From NCBI GenBank assembly GCA_964572995.1, contig CAZNIA010000001.1, positions 5,611-69,610 on the forward strand: a stretch of 64,000 nucleotides of DNA. Reading direction: 5' to 3'. Below are positions 37,093 through 46,288 of this stretch, piece by piece (position 1 is the first letter of the stretch; every line of letters begins with the position of its first letter). The notes beneath the pieces are model-generated. The model saw only the letters and a program-made list of their open reading frames with translations, had not been told where the DNA came from and did no database searches. The DNA comes from Candidatus Woesearchaeota archaeon. GTDB taxonomy: Archaea; Nanobdellota; Nanobdellia; Pacearchaeales; GW2011-AR1. The translations under genes were made by a program, and so were the position numbers.

Positions 37093-37161
37093 ACTTTTAA
37101 AAGTACTTACTTAGTATAAAAAGAGGGCAAGTATATACTTTATATACCCTTTTAAAAGTAC
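37093..37161. promoter_or_regulatory. divergent promoter region with two copies of the palindrome-containing 13-mer CTTTTAAAAGTAC (37093-37105 region and 37149-37161) and TATA-like boxes
   Basis: ACTTTTAAAAGT at 37093-37104 is a perfect 12-bp palindrome. The second copy, cCTTTTAAAAGTAC, abuts the AbrB-like ATG. The region lies between divergent giant gene 2 and the AbrB-headed operon. Confidence 0.4.
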
Positions 37162-37320
37162 ATGGTTGAAATAACATTCAAAGACAATAAAATCCAAAAA
37201 GGGCATAGGATAAAAATCCCCAAGGCAATTGTAGATACCTTAAATCTTAAAGAAGGTGCAAAAATAATTTTGAAATTTGATCCAATAAATAAAAAAATAA
37301 CTGTGGAGGAAGAAAAATGA
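37162..37320 (+). CDS. AbrB/SpoVT-family (swapped-hairpin) small DNA-binding protein, 52 aa, missing from the ORF track
   Basis: The sequence MVEITFKDNKIQKGHRIKIPKAIVDTLNLKEGAKIILKFDPINKKITVEEEK matches the AbrB/MazE G.R..IPK.I...L.L..GD pattern. The TGA stop overlaps the ATG of 37317..37631 (ATGA). Confidence 0.6.
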   Translation: MVEITFKDNKIQKGHRIKIPKAIVDTLNLKEGAKIILKFDPINKKITVEEEK

Positions 37321-37631
37321 AAAAATACCTTCTTCCTTTAATTCTTGCAATTTTTTGTATTGGTGGGGTAATCATTGCAGATAATTTTGGGGGAGGAATA
37401 AAATTAGAAGAAGGAAAAAATATAATTGATATTGAGATTGGATTCAATCCAATCTATGTAACAGATTTAATTAAGCTTTATCCTGAAATTAATACAATAA
37501 CTTACAATGAAAGCGGGGAGGAGATAGGATATGTAAATGCATTTGGGGGAATTGGAGAAAATTTTATAATTTATGCTAATAAAACTTACGAAATCACAAC
37601 TAAACAGGAGGTTATTTTAAATTTAGGATGA
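37317..37631 (+). CDS. small secreted protein (104 aa)
   Basis: Signal peptide MKKYLLPLILAIFCIGGVIIA. It is the first structural gene of a tightly overlapping + strand operon. Confidence 0.55.
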   Translation: MKKYLLPLILAIFCIGGVIIADNFGGGIKLEEGKNIIDIEIGFNPIYVTDLIKLYPEINTITYNESGEEIGYVNAFGGIGENFIIYANKTYEITTKQEVILNLG

Positions 37632-38827
37632 AAAAAATATTAATTTTAAATATGGTCGTAATATTTCTTATTATACCTCTTTATTCTGCAGCACATTACA
37701 TAGTGGGTATTGTTGAAGATGCAAAAGATGGAACCAGTTCTAATGATCATACAGTTTTATTATGGAATCCTTCTGTTGGAATATTTGAAAATCTCACAGA
37801 TATAATTGGACCAAATGGGAACTCTCATGTGAACAATATTTATATGATTGATTGTGAACTTCTTCCAAGCGGATGCAATATAGGAGAGGATCTAACTTTA
37901 AAGGTAATAAATAATGGAGATAATTATATATCTGAAGAAAAAAATGTTACTGTGAATGGATTCGGATATGATATTGTAGGAAACATAACTTTAAACTCTC
38001 CGCCAAATATAACAAATATAAATGTTGAAGATGATTTAATCTTCCCGGAAAATGAAATTGATTTAATACCTGCAGAAACAAAAGAAGTCCAATGTGTATC
38101 GATTATAACTGAATATGATGGAGAAGATTCGTTAAATAATGCAAGCGCAGTATTTTTTGATAATGTCTATTCACATTTTAATGATTTGGATGATAATAAT
38201 CATCATTATACTAACAATAGTTGTGATATCGATTATTCTTATGGAAATCAATATGAAGCAGAAATAACCTGCTTATTTAATGTGTGGTATTATTCGAACT
38301 CTGAAGATTGGAATTGTACAATTGCGATACAGGATAATCTATCCATAATTTCTAAAGCTGGAGACATAACCTTCATCAATCCTCTTCTTGCATTGGGCGT
38401 GGATTCTGTAATAAACTTTGATCTATTTGGAGGAGAAGAGGTTACAAGAGAAAATGAAGTCAATGTAACGAATTATGGAAATGTTAAAATAAATTTGTCT
38501 TTAAGCGGATATGCTTTTGAGGAAAATGATGGATATGCTATGAATTGTACATTTGAAGGTGAAACAAGTAATATTTCTATAGAATATGAAAAATTCAATC
38601 TTACTCAATCTAGTCAGGGGGCTCTTAGTTTAAGTGAATTTGAAAGTAGATATGTTAACTTAACTTCTTCTCCCCAGGTAAAGAAATTTGACCTGGATTA
38701 TAGAAAACAAGACTCTCAAAATGAAGCAATAAATTCTACTTATTGGAGAATATATGTTCCTTCACAAGTATCTGGAGAATGCCAAGGAAATATAATTTTT
38801 GGTGCAGTGACTGCACCAGGAGATTAA
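37628..38827 (+). CDS. secreted protein (399 aa); its N-terminal ~110-aa domain is duplicated in 42048..43931
   Basis: Signal peptide. AAHYIVGIVEDAKDGTSSNDHTVLLWNPSVGIFENLTDIIGPNGNSHVNNIYMIDCELLPSGCNIGEDLTLKVINNGDNYISEEKNVTV is nearly identical to the N-terminus of the 627-aa protein. Confidence 0.65.
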   Translation: MKKILILNMVVIFLIIPLYSAAHYIVGIVEDAKDGTSSNDHTVLLWNPSVGIFENLTDIIGPNGNSHVNNIYMIDCELLPSGCNIGEDLTLKVINNGDNYISEEKNVTVNGFGYDIVGNITLNSPPNITNINVEDDLIFPENEIDLIPAETKEVQCVSIITEYDGEDSLNNASAVFFDNVYSHFNDLDDNNHHYTNNSCDIDYSYGNQYEAEITCLFNVWYYSNSEDWNCTIAIQDNLSIISKAGDITFINPLLALGVDSVINFDLFGGEEVTRENEVNVTNYGNVKINLSLSGYAFEENDGYAMNCTFEGETSNISIEYEKFNLTQSSQGALSLSEFESRYVNLTSSPQVKKFDLDYRKQDSQNEAINSTYWRIYVPSQVSGECQGNIIFGAVTAPGD

Positions 38828-38828
38828 A

Positions 38829-40034
38829 ATGTATAAAAATATAAACTTAATGAAGATGGGAATGATTTTCTTAATAGTTATTGTATTAGTTTCTTTTATT
38901 TCTGCTGCAAACATTGGAATAAGTCCAGCAAATGTTTATTTCAAAGATGTTTTAAGAGGAGGTTATGCTGAAAGAACAGTAATAATTACAATAGATTCTG
39001 AAGAACCCACACAAGTAAGTTTAACTCCAAGAGGAGAGATAGCAGAATGGATTTCCTTTGATGAAAAGGAGTTTGAAGTTTCAAAAGAAAATCCATATTA
39101 TCTCAAGATAATCATACAACCTCCTGTAGATATGCCAAATGGAAATTACTCTGGATTCTTGAGAGTTGCAACTTCCAGCGATTCTAAAGGAGCAGAAGGA
39201 CAAGCAACTGGAATAATAAATGCTGCACTTGATTTATACTCAGAAGTTGAAATAACTGACGTAGAATATTCTTTATGTAGAGCATGGAACTTTAATGTAG
39301 AATCAGCTGAAAAAGGAGATGATATCTTATTTAAGCTGAATATTTATAATCAAGGTAATATACGATTATATCCAACAATTAAAATTGATATTTGGGATAG
39401 AGATAGAATAAGCATAATAAAACAAGTGGAATTTTCCAATGATATGGTGATTCCAACTACTGAAAAAGAGATAATAATCCCGGTTAGTTCCTCTGATCTT
39501 GAAATTGGGCAATATTGGGCAGAAGTGACTTCTGTGGAATGTTATGCCTCTCAAACACTAACCTTTGATGTTCTTGAAGAAGGAGCCTTAAAGGCTCAAG
39601 GAACTCTTTTAAGTGTAATTTCTCCTCCTTGGATAAAGATAGGAGATACAACATTAATTGAAGCTGTATTCGAGAACACTGGTGAAAAAACTGTAAACGC
39701 GCGTTTCAAAGGGGAAATTACTCTTGGGAGTAAGATAGTTCAAATTTTAGAAAGTGAAATAAGTTCTGTTGAAATTGGAGAGAGAGAAACATTCAAATTC
39801 TATTTTACTCCAAAAGAAGAAGGAAGATACATTGTAAATGGGGTGGTTTTTTATGATGGAAAAAGAACTTTTGAAAAAAGCACTGTGATAAATGTTGAAA
39901 AAAGCGGCATTGACTGGAGTAAATTAAAGATTTATTTGATATATTTAATTTTAATTGTAGCAATAGCTTACTTAGCTTATAAGATAAAAAAAGAAAAATC
40001 TATTGAAATAAAAAAATGGAGGAGATTAAAATGA
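38829..40034 (+). CDS. exported protein (401 aa) with signal peptide and C-terminal TM anchor
   Basis: N-terminal MGMIFLIVIVLVSFISAA and C-terminal IYLIYLILIVAIAYLAYKIKK. Confidence 0.6.
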   Translation: MYKNINLMKMGMIFLIVIVLVSFISAANIGISPANVYFKDVLRGGYAERTVIITIDSEEPTQVSLTPRGEIAEWISFDEKEFEVSKENPYYLKIIIQPPVDMPNGNYSGFLRVATSSDSKGAEGQATGIINAALDLYSEVEITDVEYSLCRAWNFNVESAEKGDDILFKLNIYNQGNIRLYPTIKIDIWDRDRISIIKQVEFSNDMVIPTTEKEIIIPVSSSDLEIGQYWAEVTSVECYASQTLTFDVLEEGALKAQGTLLSVISPPWIKIGDTTLIEAVFENTGEKTVNARFKGEITLGSKIVQILESEISSVEIGERETFKFYFTPKEEGRYIVNGVVFYDGKRTFEKSTVINVEKSGIDWSKLKIYLIYLILIVAIAYLAYKIKKEKSIEIKKWRRLK

Positions 40035-42046
40035 ATAAAAGTATTAATGTTTTAATCTTGTTTGTAGTCCTATCGCTCTTAACTAGCTCTTTTGTTTCTT
40101 CTGCTTCTGCATTTGTTATAACAGCAAATTATGATTTTACAAACTCTTCATTTATAGATGGTAAAGTTTACAAAACAGATTCTGTTGTTCTTAGAATTAA
40201 AACAAATTCAGAGACAGAATGTGTTTATGGAAACTCTTACTCTCTTTCAAATAATTTTGATGGAGAATATGGTTTAACTCATGAGGCATACATCGAAAAT
40301 CTAGAAGAAGGATTCCATGAGTATTATATAAGGTGCGGGGAGATATATAATCCAATAATGAGAATAGGGTTTGCTACAAGCATTCCTATTTATGCTACAA
40401 TACAAATATCTGAAGAACCTCCTCTTAAAGAAGGCAAATATAAAATTAATTTAATTACATCTAAAACTAGTTTAGAGGCTCCAACACTTGAATATAGCTT
40501 TGATGAACTCGTATATAAGCCTATTTCTTTGAAAGGAGAAGGAGAAAACTGGGAAGGTAATTTAATTATCCCTGCATCTGTTGGAGAAAGTGTTTGTTCT
40601 TTCAGATTTAAGGCAAAAGATTTGGCTGGAGAAGAAGGAACAAAAATTGTTGGAGACACTTCATTTATCGTAGATAGTTTAAAACCTTCAACAATAAGCA
40701 TACTAAATGCAATAGGGTATCAAGGACAAATAAAATTAAACTGGTTTTCTGATGAAAAAGTTAAAGAATTTAATATATACAAGTCTGAAAATCCTCAATT
40801 AGATTATACTAACTTTTATGAAACGTCTTCAAAAGATTATTTTTATGATACTAATGTAGAAAAGGGCAAAACTTATTATTATAGAGTTGCAGGAATAGAC
40901 GAGGCTGGAAACGTCGGAGATTTGTCAATAGAAGTATACGCCACCGCATTATTAACAAATTCCTCTGGAACTTCTGGACTCAATCCAAGTTTAATAGGAA
41001 AAGTAGATAATTTCATATCTGAAATAAATTCAGTTATAAATAATATTGAAAACATAAACAACCTTCTTGAATTAAAAGAAGAGAAAGAAAAGGAATTATT
41101 TAAAGAAATTAAATTAGATAAAGAAATAGAATCATCATTATCTGAATTAAACTCTTTAAAAAGAGATGTAGGTATTTATAAGTTACAAGACTTGAGTTTA
41201 GAAGAATTAAATAAAAAATTAGATTCTTCTAATCTTAGATTGAGTATAATTAAAAAGAAAATACCTGAAGATATTATTATTAAAGAAGAAAAAGAAATAT
41301 CTAGACAATTAGATGAGGGGAACCTACAAAAAGTCTTTTTAGAATATTCTCAAAATTTGGAATCAGATTACAAAAAGGATATAAGCGAAACATTGAAGAT
41401 TATTAAAGAAAATGAAATTAAGATAACGGGGAGAATATATTCTTTAGAGATATTGTACTTAGATGGGACAAAAAAACAAATAACATTATTTAAAGAAGAA
41501 ATTGAAAGTGATTTAGAAGAAACAGAAAATTTGAAATTCATTTTGGTTGTTCCTAAAGAGGTTGCAGAAAAATCTTCTGAGATGAAGATATTAAATTTAG
41601 AATATGAAATAATCAAAGATGACCCTGTTCTATCTTTTAATTCGGATATAAAAAGCATAAGTTATTATTTAAGTAAAGAGGTGGCTACAAATTCTTTAGA
41701 AGATATTTTAATCTCTCCTGTGAAAATAAATGTTGAAGAATCTTCTAAGATAACAGGGAATTCTATATTTAATGGAGAATCCAAGAATCCATTTGGAATA
41801 ATTGTCTTGGCATTATTTGCTACAATATTGGCAGTATATCTTTTAAAGATAAAAAAAGAGCCAAAATTAAAACCCCTTCTGACAATAATTGAGGATATAA
41901 AGAAGTCTAAAGAGCTTTTAAAAGAGGGAAAGGAAAAAGAGGCTTTAAATTTGTATAATAATGCAAAAGAGAGATACAAAGACCTTAATGAAAAAGAAAA
42001 AAGAATGGTAATGAAAAGTATGAATAATATCGAGAGAGGAGGATAA
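40016..42046 (+). CDS. exported FN3-like-domain protein (676 aa) with coiled-coil region, C-terminal TM anchor and conserved cytoplasmic tail motif
   Basis: Signal peptide. FN3-like LNWFSDEKVKEFNIYKSEN...GKTYYYRVAGIDEAGNVGDLS. TM helix IIVLALFATILAVYLL followed by ...EKEALNLYNNAKERYKDLNEKEKR. Confidence 0.6.
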   Translation: MEEIKMNKSINVLILFVVLSLLTSSFVSSASAFVITANYDFTNSSFIDGKVYKTDSVVLRIKTNSETECVYGNSYSLSNNFDGEYGLTHEAYIENLEEGFHEYYIRCGEIYNPIMRIGFATSIPIYATIQISEEPPLKEGKYKINLITSKTSLEAPTLEYSFDELVYKPISLKGEGENWEGNLIIPASVGESVCSFRFKAKDLAGEEGTKIVGDTSFIVDSLKPSTISILNAIGYQGQIKLNWFSDEKVKEFNIYKSENPQLDYTNFYETSSKDYFYDTNVEKGKTYYYRVAGIDEAGNVGDLSIEVYATALLTNSSGTSGLNPSLIGKVDNFISEINSVINNIENINNLLELKEEKEKELFKEIKLDKEIESSLSELNSLKRDVGIYKLQDLSLEELNKKLDSSNLRLSIIKKKIPEDIIIKEEKEISRQLDEGNLQKVFLEYSQNLESDYKKDISETLKIIKENEIKITGRIYSLEILYLDGTKKQITLFKEEIESDLEETENLKFILVVPKEVAEKSSEMKILNLEYEIIKDDPVLSFNSDIKSISYYLSKEVATNSLEDILISPVKINVEESSKITGNSIFNGESKNPFGIIVLALFATILAVYLLKIKKEPKLKPLLTIIEDIKKSKELLKEGKEKEALNLYNNAKERYKDLNEKEKRMVMKSMNNIERGG

Positions 42047-42047
42047 A

Positions 42048-43931
42048 ATGAATAGAAAAAATATTTTAATTGTAACTTTATTTCTTTCTTTAGTTATACT
42101 TCTAATGAATATTATTTCTGCAGCACATTACATAGTGGGTATTGTGGAAGATGCAAAAGATGGAACCAGTTCTAATGATCATACAATTTTATTATGGAAT
42201 CCTTCTGTTGGAATATTTGAAAATCTCACAGACCTAATTGGACCAAATGGAAACTCTCATGTGAACAATATTTATATGATTGATTGTGAACTTCTTCCAA
42301 GTGGATGCAATATAGGAGAGAATCTAACTTTAAAGGTAATAAATAATGGGGAGAATTATATATCTGAAGAAAAAAATGTGACTGTGACTGGTGCCGGATA
42401 TGACCTTGTTAGCAATATAACATTAAACTCCCCTCCTGATGTAGGCCTAATTTTCCCTTACTCTTTTGCGAATATCTCTAGTTCAGAAATTAATTTTAAC
42501 TGTTCTATCTTTGACTTTGATTTAAACTTAAAGGAAGCGAGTTTATATGGAACTTGGGATGGAGGATGGAATTTAAATGAAACTAAGGGTATTATCTCAG
42601 AAGGAGGATTTATTACATTTAATAAAAATCTTTTGGAAGGCTTGTATGAATACAATTGTATGGCAACGGACAACCTTTTAACTTCATCCTTTGCAACAGA
42701 AAATATTACTTTCACTATTGATTTAACAAAACCGAATATTGAATCTATCTTTGTAAATTCAACTTATTCATGCGGCCAATCAAATTTTGTCAGAGTAAAT
42801 TGTACAACTTATGATACTTTACTTAATGTAGATAAGGTTATTATTCAAACTATTTCTCCTTCTGAAACAAAAAATTATACTGCCTCTCTTCTTACAAGTA
42901 ATACTTATTATTCAGATATTTTGTTGGATGAGGTTGGAGGCTGGACATTTAATTGTATTTCAAATGATACTGCTGGAAACGTAAACAATTTAACTTCTCA
43001 AATAGTGAATGTCTTCTCTAATTCTCCTGAATTATATATCAATTTTACAACTATTAGGTTAAGTGAAGAAAAACCTATAGAAAACCAAGAAATAAAAATT
43101 AATGCAGTTATTGAAAATTTTGGTTGTTCAATTGCTGAAAACGTATTGGTTAGTTTTTTTGAAGGCGACCCTTCTGAATCTGGAGATAATATTTATAACT
43201 ATACTTTAAACATAAGTTCTCTTTCAGCTTTTCCTGCAAATATTTCATGGATTGCTAAAATAGGTCCAAACAATATATTTGTTATTGCGGATTATGATAA
43301 TAAAATAAATGAAGAAAACGAGACTAATAATAAAGCAAATAACACCTTTTCTATAAATGCCTGGCAAGATATTTATGGAAATATTAGCTTAGATAAAATA
43401 ATTGGGGGGGATAATATTAGCATAAAGAAATGGTTCAATGAGAGTCAGCTTGAAGGCCATGTTTTCATAACAGATTCTGAATGCGAAGTGGATTGGCTTT
43501 CCTTGCAAGCCCTGGGGAAGTCTAAATCTGGTGAAGATAGTTCTAATGATTTTTTAGAAATTGATGAAGTATTAAATATGATTAATTTTGAAGATTCAAT
43601 ATCTAATGTCTTTTCAGATAATCAAAATCCTAAGAACACAAAAAATATGTTAATTTATCAAAAAGAGATAGAAAATGTTCCAGTCATAAAATCGACTAAT
43701 AATTCTAATTTCATAACAGGGCTCCTATGGGATTTTTCTGATGATAGAGAAGGAGAAAATGGAGAATTTGATACAATAGATAAAGAAGATATAGTTTTTG
43801 TTGCAGAAGTCAATAAAAGTTCTGAAGGAAATTATGGACTTTACGATTATGAGATAAAAATACCTTCAAGATTAAGAGAGTATAATAATTTAGATAATGA
43901 AGAGGTGTATCTTTATTACAATTTAAATTAA
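42048..43931 (+). CDS. secreted protein (627 aa). Its N-terminal domain is paralogous to 37628..38827, and its C-terminal CARDB-like module plus conserved tail is shared with giant protein 1
   Basis: The C-terminal ~250 aa (from ...EIKINAVIENFG to SFFEGDPSESGD, and STNNSNFITGLLWDFSDD...YGLYDYEIKIPSRLREYN) aligns with the giant 1 C-terminus (...STNNSNFVTGILWDFSDD...YGTYDYELRVPARLREYN). Confidence 0.7.
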   Translation: MNRKNILIVTLFLSLVILLMNIISAAHYIVGIVEDAKDGTSSNDHTILLWNPSVGIFENLTDLIGPNGNSHVNNIYMIDCELLPSGCNIGENLTLKVINNGENYISEEKNVTVTGAGYDLVSNITLNSPPDVGLIFPYSFANISSSEINFNCSIFDFDLNLKEASLYGTWDGGWNLNETKGIISEGGFITFNKNLLEGLYEYNCMATDNLLTSSFATENITFTIDLTKPNIESIFVNSTYSCGQSNFVRVNCTTYDTLLNVDKVIIQTISPSETKNYTASLLTSNTYYSDILLDEVGGWTFNCISNDTAGNVNNLTSQIVNVFSNSPELYINFTTIRLSEEKPIENQEIKINAVIENFGCSIAENVLVSFFEGDPSESGDNIYNYTLNISSLSAFPANISWIAKIGPNNIFVIADYDNKINEENETNNKANNTFSINAWQDIYGNISLDKIIGGDNISIKKWFNESQLEGHVFITDSECEVDWLSLQALGKSKSGEDSSNDFLEIDEVLNMINFEDSISNVFSDNQNPKNTKNMLIYQKEIENVPVIKSTNNSNFITGLLWDFSDDREGENGEFDTIDKEDIVFVAEVNKSSEGNYGLYDYEIKIPSRLREYNNLDNEEVYLYYNLN

Positions 43932-46288
43932 TCTTTCTTAACGGGCATTGTACTTTTAATAAACTGATCTATTATAATAGCAATCTTGGACTTATCCTTT
44001 TCTGCTGCTATTTTTTTAGATAAATCTTGTGATACCTGTTCAGCCCATTTTGCAATATCATTTTTATTTGAATTTACATGTAGAAGAAATATTTCCTGAT
44101 CTAATCCAGGCAGAGTTTCTTTTAATTCTTTAAGTGTAGATATCATTATTCCATTATCAAATGTAAGAGGTTTAAGTATTTTGGTTCCAATATTTTCTAC
44201 TTCTGCTTTTTTCTCTTCTTTTTTTTGTTTTTTCTGCTCTTCTTTTTCATAAACAGCCCTTGCTTTCTTTGCTTCTTCTACTGATTTCTCTATTTCTGAT
44301 ACATCTAATAACTTCTTCTCTACTTTCTTTGGTTTCTTTCCTATTTTCTCCCATTGTTTTTGTAATCTTGGACCTAGTCCTTCTACATAAATATCAACAA
44401 CAGAGAAATTTCCCGTCATCAATTTATCTTTAATAAGCTTTAATTCCATCTTGAAATCAAAGATGTCTATTTTTTCTTTATCTAACTGTTCAACTTGGTT
44501 TTCAAAATCATCAATTAAATCATTATACTTATTGTATTTCTCTAATTCTTCATCTGAAAGCCTTCTTGTATTATGAAGAATTGGCCTAAAATTAATAAAA
44601 TATGGTTTACCCCTATTGTAAGAAGTATTCACAAACATTCCTACCCCTACTGAAGCTTTAACTAGTGATTGTAAAAATTCTTCTCCATATTTTACTTTTA
44701 TTCTTCCTAAATCGCCTTCATCTCTTGTCCTCATTTGAATCTCTGTGTTTATATTTGCTTTTATTTCTCCTACAAAATCACTTAATACCTGAGAGACCAA
44801 CATTACTCCTATTCCCCACTTTCTAAATTCTCTACAAGCCCTTTCAATTTGCAAAAAACCTTCTCCATTTCCACCAAATTTTGAAAGCAACCTATGGACT
44901 TCATCAAAAACAAGAAGAACTTTCAAATCCGGTGTTTCTTTTGGATCTGACTTAAATATTTGTCTTATTACGCTTGCAACAAAAATATCCATATCGTTTG
45001 GATCTAATTTGTTTAATGCAAAAATCTGTATTTGTCCTGGATGAATGAATTTTTCTATTTCAATTATCTCTCTTGCATGAGATATCTGACGTATATTCCC
45101 AAAAAATGCTCTTGCATCTGTTTGCTTCAATCCAAAATTAGGATAATAAGAAAGCATTTTTTTGTCTTCACATTTTCTAAGCATACCTGACCATTGGGCT
45201 GTGGGATCAAAAACAATCACTGCTACATTTTTCAGAAGAGCTTCTTCGATTATTACTTGCGCTGCAATACTTTTGCCTCCACCTGTTGCTCCTGCAACAA
45301 TTGTATGTGTCTTAAGTTTATCTGGTTCTAAACAAGCCTTGAGCTTAGTCTCTGCAATTTTTCCCAAGATTAAAACTTCTTTGCTTGGTAAAGGTAATTT
45401 TTTTGTGTCCAACTCCATCCTATATTTTTTTGAAAGCTTAATGTGTCTTCTTATCAACAGATAAACAATTAAAAAAAGCAAGATAAACCCCAATCCGGAA
45501 AACAAAGCCCAAAGAGGAAGAAATCCAAAAATAACTCTGCTAAAAAATGGCTTTTTAATTATAAATTGGCTTAATGAAAAAATTGTTTCTCCAGAATAAG
45601 TTGCAAAAGTTTGTAATAAATATTCTCCTTTATCTGCCTGTTCTGGTATCTCGAATTTTCTAACAAGATAAAATGAACTTGTAAAATTAAATGATTCTTC
45701 TCCTAAGAAAAAGGATTCATTTTTTGAATTATTCAAATAATATCTAAGGGTTAAATTTTCTATTGGTCCTGATTTTATCCTATTTAAATAAATTTTAAAT
45801 CTCAATCCTTCATTTAATTTAAATGATTTTTTAAATGGTTCAGAATCTACAAAAAAAAGAGGGCTCAAATCAGAATCAACGATTCTTAATGTTATAGGAA
45901 GTTTATCTGTGATCCCTCCTGAAAGAGATAATTCTCCTGTATAATTTCCTATCTCTCCCCCTTTTATATAAAAATAGAAAGAAGTACTATTTTTTGGCGA
46001 TACCTCTATCCCAGAATAATCAAATTCTATGAAATCTGCTGCTGGCCCAGATACAGAAAAACCTACAGAAATTGATTGTGAATTTAAATTTTCTATTGTA
46101 ACAAAATCCTGGAACAACGTCCCTAATGCAACAGTTCTATCTATTTTACTTCTAGAAATAGAATAATGTTCTTTCTTTATTTCTTCTCCAAATGCAGAAT
46201 CTTCTGCAGATAAAAGAACTAAACTTAAATAAAATAAAATAACAAAAACGATACAGAATAGAGAGATATTTCTTTTAATTGAATTCAT
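43928..46288 (-). CDS. second membrane-spanning FtsK/HerA-superfamily (VirB4/DUF87-like) ATPase (786 aa). It has an ~245-aa extracellular N-terminal region, one TM helix and a cytoplasmic ATPase with a C-terminal extension
   Basis: Walker A is TIVAGATGGGKS and Walker B is VLLVFDEVHRLL. TM helix VIFGFLPLWALFSGLGFILLFLIVYLLI. The ATPase core is about 85-90% identical at the amino-acid level to 18774..22136. One ~85-aa stretch, ELEKYNKYND..PRLQKQWEKIGKKPKKVEKKLLD, is identical but for two conservative substitutions (I/L, V/I). Confidence 0.8.
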   Translation of the reverse strand: MNSIKRNISLFCIVFVILFYLSLVLLSAEDSAFGEEIKKEHYSISRSKIDRTVALGTLFQDFVTIENLNSQSISVGFSVSGPAADFIEFDYSGIEVSPKNSTSFYFYIKGGEIGNYTGELSLSGGITDKLPITLRIVDSDLSPLFFVDSEPFKKSFKLNEGLRFKIYLNRIKSGPIENLTLRYYLNNSKNESFFLGEESFNFTSSFYLVRKFEIPEQADKGEYLLQTFATYSGETIFSLSQFIIKKPFFSRVIFGFLPLWALFSGLGFILLFLIVYLLIRRHIKLSKKYRMELDTKKLPLPSKEVLILGKIAETKLKACLEPDKLKTHTIVAGATGGGKSIAAQVIIEEALLKNVAVIVFDPTAQWSGMLRKCEDKKMLSYYPNFGLKQTDARAFFGNIRQISHAREIIEIEKFIHPGQIQIFALNKLDPNDMDIFVASVIRQIFKSDPKETPDLKVLLVFDEVHRLLSKFGGNGEGFLQIERACREFRKWGIGVMLVSQVLSDFVGEIKANINTEIQMRTRDEGDLGRIKVKYGEEFLQSLVKASVGVGMFVNTSYNRGKPYFINFRPILHNTRRLSDEELEKYNKYNDLIDDFENQVEQLDKEKIDIFDFKMELKLIKDKLMTGNFSVVDIYVEGLGPRLQKQWEKIGKKPKKVEKKLLDVSEIEKSVEEAKKARAVYEKEEQKKQKKEEKKAEVENIGTKILKPLTFDNGIMISTLKELKETLPGLDQEIFLLHVNSNKNDIAKWAEQVSQDLSKKIAAEKDKSKIAIIIDQFIKSTMPVKKD

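Noticed and set aside
37247-37447. 66-aa minus-strand ORF overlapping the AbrB-like ORF and the first operon gene
   Set aside because: It is antisense to two well-supported plus-strand genes with translational coupling. The product is low complexity
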